Assembly: GCA_963663405.2 (NCBI GenBank)
Contig: CAXXSM010000161.1
Coordinates: 1-41,845, forward strand
Direction of reading: 5' to 3'
Length of the DNA: 41,845 nucleotides
Origin: a bacterium
Lineage (GTDB): Bacteria > Hinthialibacterota > Hinthialibacteria > Hinthialibacterales > Hinthialibacteraceae
The notes under the pieces were generated by a model that was not told the origin of the DNA, did not search any database, and saw nothing but the letters and a program-made list of their open reading frames with translations. Positions 37,556 to 41,845 of this stretch are shown one piece after another (position 1 is the stretch's first letter; each line of letters starts with the position of its first letter). A program made the translations under genes and the position numbers.

Positions 37556-40255
37556 ATGAATTACGATCTTATCCTAACCCCCACTGGTCGCCTCCGTTTG
37601 AGGGAAGATGGAGAATTTAGTGAAGCGGAATCTGACGCCTGGATGAAGAGAGTTGTGACCGCTTTTTCTTCCTCACAGGCTTCAGGCCTTTTCTCACTTG
37701 CCGCCTCAAAACCAGACGCTCCCCCGCCATCATCATTTGTATTCTGGCGGGATTTCGCCTGCCGGTACTTGACTCAGCTCTGCCGTACACCAGAATTTGC
37801 TGGGCAGCAGATCGATCCGGTTGAACCGCCTATTGAATCCGAACTGGAAGACCTCAGGCTTATCGCGCCGCCTATGCAAGGGGGGGAGTACCTTAACGCA
37901 GAAGTCTTTCGCGATCTTTGGATTGATTTGGACTCGTGGGTGCGGGAAGAGATCGCCGCGTCCAAAGACGGTTTGTCCGGGTGGCTGAAAAAGCGCGCGC
38001 CGCTCTGGCGCCAGGTCGGGCGTGTCTGTTTTCACCTTGCGGAGAACAAGCGCGATCCTGATTTTCCTTTCGCGTTTTTAGCCACGTATGCGCCAAGCCT
38101 TTCCAAGGGAGGGCGCGTGCAGTACCAGCCCTTGGGCAAGGCGCTGCAGAAATATGCGGGCGCCCGAAACAAGAAGGCGCTGATCAATTTGCTTTCACCC
38201 GTTCATCGGGCGTCGGAGAAGATCGAATTCGTAAAGGATTTGGTTGATACCGGTGACATATTCCACCCTCTCGCATGGACTCCAGGCGACGCCTATCACT
38301 TTCTCAAGAACGTCTCCCTGCTCGAAGAAAGCGGCCTCCTGGTTCGTCTCCCTGACTGGTGGCGCAAACGCGCCCGTCCGCGTGTGATTGTAACCATCGG
38401 TGAACAAAAACAGAGCCGTTTTGGCGCCGACGCGATGTTGGACTTCAAAGTCGGACTTGCTCTTGGAGACCACGAGATCACAGAAGAAGAATGGCGTCAG
38501 ATTATGGAATCGGAGGATGGTCTTGCGTATGTGAAAGGCCAATGGATCGAGGTGGACCGGGAGAAACTGAACAAGGCTCTCGAACATTGGAAGCAAGTAG
38601 AGGCGGACGCGGCGGAGGAAGGGATCTCATTCATTGAGGGGATGCGGCTGCTGGCGGGCGCGCCCGCTGATCTTGCCGCCGATGGGCCTGGTGACGAGGA
38701 TCGTGAGTGGACTTTTGTTGACGCGGGTGATTGGCTTTCCGATATTCTAGCGGGCTTGCGCGATCCTGGTGGTTTGACATCCGGCGGACACGATAAGGAT
38801 TTTAACGGTACACTCCGTCATTACCAGGAAACCGGGCGTAACTGGCTTTGGTTCCTATCCAATCTTGGACTCGGAGCCTGTCTCGCCGACGACATGGGAT
38901 TAGGTAAGACCATTCAAGTCCTATCGCTCTTGCTGGCTCTGAAGAAAGAGAAAAAGCCATCTGGAAAAGCGTCAATTCTAGTGCTTCCGGCGTCGCTTCT
39001 GGCGAACTGGAAGGCCGAAATACAGCGATTCGCGCCAACGCTCAAGGCCGTTTTCATCCATCCTTCGGAAACAGACAAAGCGACTCTTGCCGCTCTAGCG
39101 CGGAAGCCGGGCAAAGGGCTGGCGAACACCGATGTGGTTCTGACTACTTATGGAATGCTGCCAAGACAGAAATGGCTGCTCGAGATGGAATGGTGGCTGG
39201 TTATTCTCGACGAAGCCCAAGCCATTAAGAATCCCTCCACACGTCAAACGAAAACAGTTAAACAACTCAAAGCGAACGCGCGTATCGCTCTTACGGGCAC
39301 ACCGGTAGAGAACCGGCTTTCCGATCTCTGGTCGCTATTTGATTTTCTCTGTCCAGGGCTCCTCGGTTCAACGGCCAGATTCAAAAAATTCGTGAAGGGC
39401 TTGGACGCGCGGGAGCATGATCGGTACGCGCCTCTCCGTAATTTGGTCCGGCCCTACGTGCTGCGGCGGCTCAAAACCGATAAGAGTATCATCTCAGACC
39501 TTCCCGACAAGACCGAAATGAAAGCGTTCTGCGGCCTGACAAAAAAACAGGCTGCGATGTACGCTAAGTCAGCCGCTGAACTCGCGGTGGCGCTTGAAGG
39601 ACTTGACGGGATAAAACGGCGTGGGCTTGTGTTGGCCTACTTGATGCGGTTCAAACAGATCTGCAACCATCCGAGTCAGTTTCTTGGCGACGGCGCCTAT
39701 GAGCCGGCTGACAGCGGTAAATTCGACCGGCTTATGACAATCTGTGAGGAGATTAAATCCCGGCAGGAAAAAGTTCTCGTCTTCACCCAGTTTCGCGAAA
39801 TGACCGAGCCGATCGCTGCGTTTCTTAGTGACGTTTTCGGCCGGGAGGGCCTTGTTTTGCATGGAGGAACGGCGGTAAAGAAACGCAGGACATTAATTGA
39901 CCGATTTCAGAAAGAAGATGGGCCGCCGTTTTTCGTACTTTCCCTCAAAGCGGGCGGCACAGGTCTTAACCTTACCGCCGCGTCGCACGTGGTCCATTTC
40001 GACCGCTGGTGGAATCCGGCGGTTGAAAACCAAGCAACCGACCGGGCGTTTCGTATCGGCCAACATCGGAACGTAGTCGTCCACAAGTTCATATGTCAAG
40101 GAACCGTCGAAGAGAAAATCGACGCTCTGATCGAAGAGAAAACAAACCTAGCAGACGATATCTTAAAGGCTGGCGCCGAATCATTGCTGACTGAGATGAG
40201 CGATGAGGAATTGCTCAATATCGTGGCCTTGGATGTTGACCGGACGAAAGTATAG
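37556..40255 (+). CDS. SNF2-family (Swi2/Snf2) helicase-like ATPase
   Basis: LADDMGLGKT, DEAQAIKN, TGTPVEN, SLKAGGTGLNL, QATDRAFRIGQ. Confidence 0.95.
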   Translation: MNYDLILTPTGRLRLREDGEFSEAESDAWMKRVVTAFSSSQASGLFSLAASKPDAPPPSSFVFWRDFACRYLTQLCRTPEFAGQQIDPVEPPIESELEDLRLIAPPMQGGEYLNAEVFRDLWIDLDSWVREEIAASKDGLSGWLKKRAPLWRQVGRVCFHLAENKRDPDFPFAFLATYAPSLSKGGRVQYQPLGKALQKYAGARNKKALINLLSPVHRASEKIEFVKDLVDTGDIFHPLAWTPGDAYHFLKNVSLLEESGLLVRLPDWWRKRARPRVIVTIGEQKQSRFGADAMLDFKVGLALGDHEITEEEWRQIMESEDGLAYVKGQWIEVDREKLNKALEHWKQVEADAAEEGISFIEGMRLLAGAPADLAADGPGDEDREWTFVDAGDWLSDILAGLRDPGGLTSGGHDKDFNGTLRHYQETGRNWLWFLSNLGLGACLADDMGLGKTIQVLSLLLALKKEKKPSGKASILVLPASLLANWKAEIQRFAPTLKAVFIHPSETDKATLAALARKPGKGLANTDVVLTTYGMLPRQKWLLEMEWWLVILDEAQAIKNPSTRQTKTVKQLKANARIALTGTPVENRLSDLWSLFDFLCPGLLGSTARFKKFVKGLDAREHDRYAPLRNLVRPYVLRRLKTDKSIISDLPDKTEMKAFCGLTKKQAAMYAKSAAELAVALEGLDGIKRRGLVLAYLMRFKQICNHPSQFLGDGAYEPADSGKFDRLMTICEEIKSRQEKVLVFTQFREMTEPIAAFLSDVFGREGLVLHGGTAVKKRRTLIDRFQKEDGPPFFVLSLKAGGTGLNLTAASHVVHFDRWWNPAVENQATDRAFRIGQHRNVVVHKFICQGTVEEKIDALIEEKTNLADDILKAGAESLLTEMSDEELLNIVALDVDRTKV

Positions 40256-40265
40256 GAGATCAAAG

Positions 40266-41396
40266 ATGAGCTGGTATGGTTATAAACCGTATGTGCCTGT
40301 GGCTGTCCGCCGCGCGCGCGCTCTACAAAAGATGGAAAAACTCCGAAAGAAGGGATTGGATATCAAACCCGTAGAGATTGAGGGAAGAACGATCGCTCGA
40401 ACGTTTTGGGGAAAGGCTTGGTGCGATCACCTCGAATCGTTCAGCGATTATGAAAACCGATTGCCTCGCGGCCGCACCTATGTCCGCAACGGATCTGTAT
40501 GCCATCTTGATATCGCCAAGGGGGAGATCAACGCCATGGTCAGCGGTTCCGAGATCTATACGGTAAAAATCGCTATCAAGACGCTTCCCCAGAAAAAATG
40601 GAAAGGCGTAAAGTCGCGCTGCGCCGGACAAGTCGGTTCGCTTCTTGAACTGCTCCAGGGCAAGTTGTCCAAGAACGTGATGTCCGTTGTAACCGACCGT
40701 AAAAAGGGATTGTTTCCCCTGCCCGATGAGATCGGCCTGCGATGCAGCTGCCCCGATTGGGCCATTATGTGTAAGCATGTGGCGGCTGTGCTGTATGGGG
40801 TGGGAGCGCGGCTTGACGAAACGCCGGAGCTACTTTTCCTTCTTCGGGGAGTAGACCATGAAGAATTGATTGACACCGAGGCCGGTGTGGCCGCCACCAC
40901 GGCGGGAACGAAAGGCAGGCGCATCGCGGATGACGCTCTAGGAGATGTATTCGGCATCGAAATATCCGAAGACGAGGCGCCCGTCAAACCAAAACTTCCG
41001 CGATCCAGGAAGAAAACGGCGGCCAAGTCAAAGAAAACCTCCAAAGCGACAGCAAAAAAGATCGTAAAACGCAAGGCGGAAGCAAGCAAAAATCCATCGC
41101 CGGATAAGAAGAAAACTCCAATACGGAAAACGAAAACGAAAGCGAAAGCGAAAGAAACACCGCGCCCTTCTCGAACTATCCAGCCCGTTACCAGCAAAGA
41201 CGTCGCCCAGCTACGCAAAAAGTACGGTATGTCTCAAGGCGAGTTCGCAAGGCTTCTCGGTGTAAGCGCATCTACGATCAGTAAGTGGGAAAAGAAGCCC
41301 GGAACGCTTAATCTGCAGGCGCGCGTACTCACTACCTGGAACACAGTGAAAAGATTATCGAAGAAGAAAGCCTGGCAGAAATTGAATAGTACATGA
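40266..41396 (+). CDS. SWIM zinc-finger protein with Lys-rich linker and C-terminal XRE-type HTH
   Basis: RLPRGRTY, CSCPDW..CKH; Lys/Ala/Pro-rich tract; LRKKYGMSQGEFARLLGVSASTISKWE; ATG 40266 follows AGGAG. Confidence 0.9.
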   Translation: MSWYGYKPYVPVAVRRARALQKMEKLRKKGLDIKPVEIEGRTIARTFWGKAWCDHLESFSDYENRLPRGRTYVRNGSVCHLDIAKGEINAMVSGSEIYTVKIAIKTLPQKKWKGVKSRCAGQVGSLLELLQGKLSKNVMSVVTDRKKGLFPLPDEIGLRCSCPDWAIMCKHVAAVLYGVGARLDETPELLFLLRGVDHEELIDTEAGVAATTAGTKGRRIADDALGDVFGIEISEDEAPVKPKLPRSRKKTAAKSKKTSKATAKKIVKRKAEASKNPSPDKKKTPIRKTKTKAKAKETPRPSRTIQPVTSKDVAQLRKKYGMSQGEFARLLGVSASTISKWEKKPGTLNLQARVLTTWNTVKRLSKKKAWQKLNST

Positions 41397-41604
41397 TGTA
41401 GGTGGATTCCAATCGAGAGATTTAACATCTTGTTCGATTGGTTCAATGTATGGGTGCTGGTTTTGTTACATACTCGTACAATGTTGTGTGTCGATTAGTT
41501 TTACGTCGTTAAAGTAATCAATGAAGGAATTCATTTCATTGGGAAAAGAAATGATGAGAGAAATTTATTAGTACCGATAGTAATACTATTAAGGAGTACG
41601 CATA

Positions 41605-41647
41605 ATGAAAATACGATCTCTATGTTTGCTGTTTATCCTTATATCAT
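41605..41647 (+). pseudogene. 5' stub of a secreted-protein gene interrupted by an IS1380-like element
   Basis: AAGGAG SD, then MKIRSLCLLFILIS (signal-peptide-like) running into the IS end. Confidence 0.5.
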
Positions 41648-41845
41648 CCCTGAATCCGTAAAGAAAAGAGTCGTGAATCGAAGTTAATGCGTTGAAAAAT
41701 AAAGGTTTATATGCTATACTGTATCTCATACAATCAACACCCCACCGATGATCAAGAAACCATGATCTTTGAAATCAAGCAAGGGGATGAATCCCTGTCA
41801 AGTCACAGTGGATTAGCCTTAGTCGGCGCATTACTGCACAAAACA
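41648..41845 (+). mobile_element. Left end of an IS1380-family element; transposase starts at 41762 and runs off the window
   Basis: Starts CCCTGAATCC; TTGAAA-N17-TATACT at 41692-41720; MIFEIKQGDESLSSHSGLALVGALLHKT resembles IS1380 transposase N-termini. Confidence 0.7.

Noticed and set aside
40556-41218. 220-aa minus-strand hydrophobic ORF
   Set aside because: Antisense shadow of the Lys-rich SWIM gene (AAA/AAG codons read as Phe/Leu)
1-41845. CRISPR array, tRNA or rRNA genes
   Set aside because: No regularly spaced repeats, cloverleaf or rRNA signatures found by eye; a covariance search would be needed to exclude small RNAs

Overview
Bacterial genomic window with heavy mobile-element activity, in five blocks. 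(1) 1-4.3 kb: a co-oriented, mobile-element-like operon encoding a Zn-ribbon protein, a Zn-finger/MoxR-CobS-type AAA+ ATPase, a CobT-like HExxH/VWA partner, a Cys-cluster/RAMA-like protein and a small protein with a ParB-type LGRGL peptide. It is followed by a DISARM DrmD-like SNF2 helicase truncated by an IS481/IS3-superfamily element whose other end abuts an IS1-family remnant. (2) 8-21.5 kb: a probable apiose/pectin utilisation operon (GH140-like glycosidase, isomerase, split transketolase, FGGY kinase, SBP, DUF2291, permease, PL10-DUF1593 fusion; no ABC ATPase) with a divergent AraC regulator. An ORF-less group II intron of about 850 nt sits between them. (3) 22.5-23.8 kb: a compact AbrB-like / serine recombinase / HU operon with operator-like palindromes. 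(4) 24-37.2 kb: a lamin-tail/CotH protein plus a signalling cluster (two beta-propeller histidine kinases with near-identical kinase ends, a receiver, a receiver-PP2C, and a STAS gene split by an ISL3 with an 8-bp target duplication). (5) 37.5-41.8 kb: an SNF2 helicase and a SWIM/Lys-rich/HTH partner, then the left end of an IS1380-like element. No rRNA, tRNA or CRISPR array was seen. All family calls are by motif recognition, without database searches.
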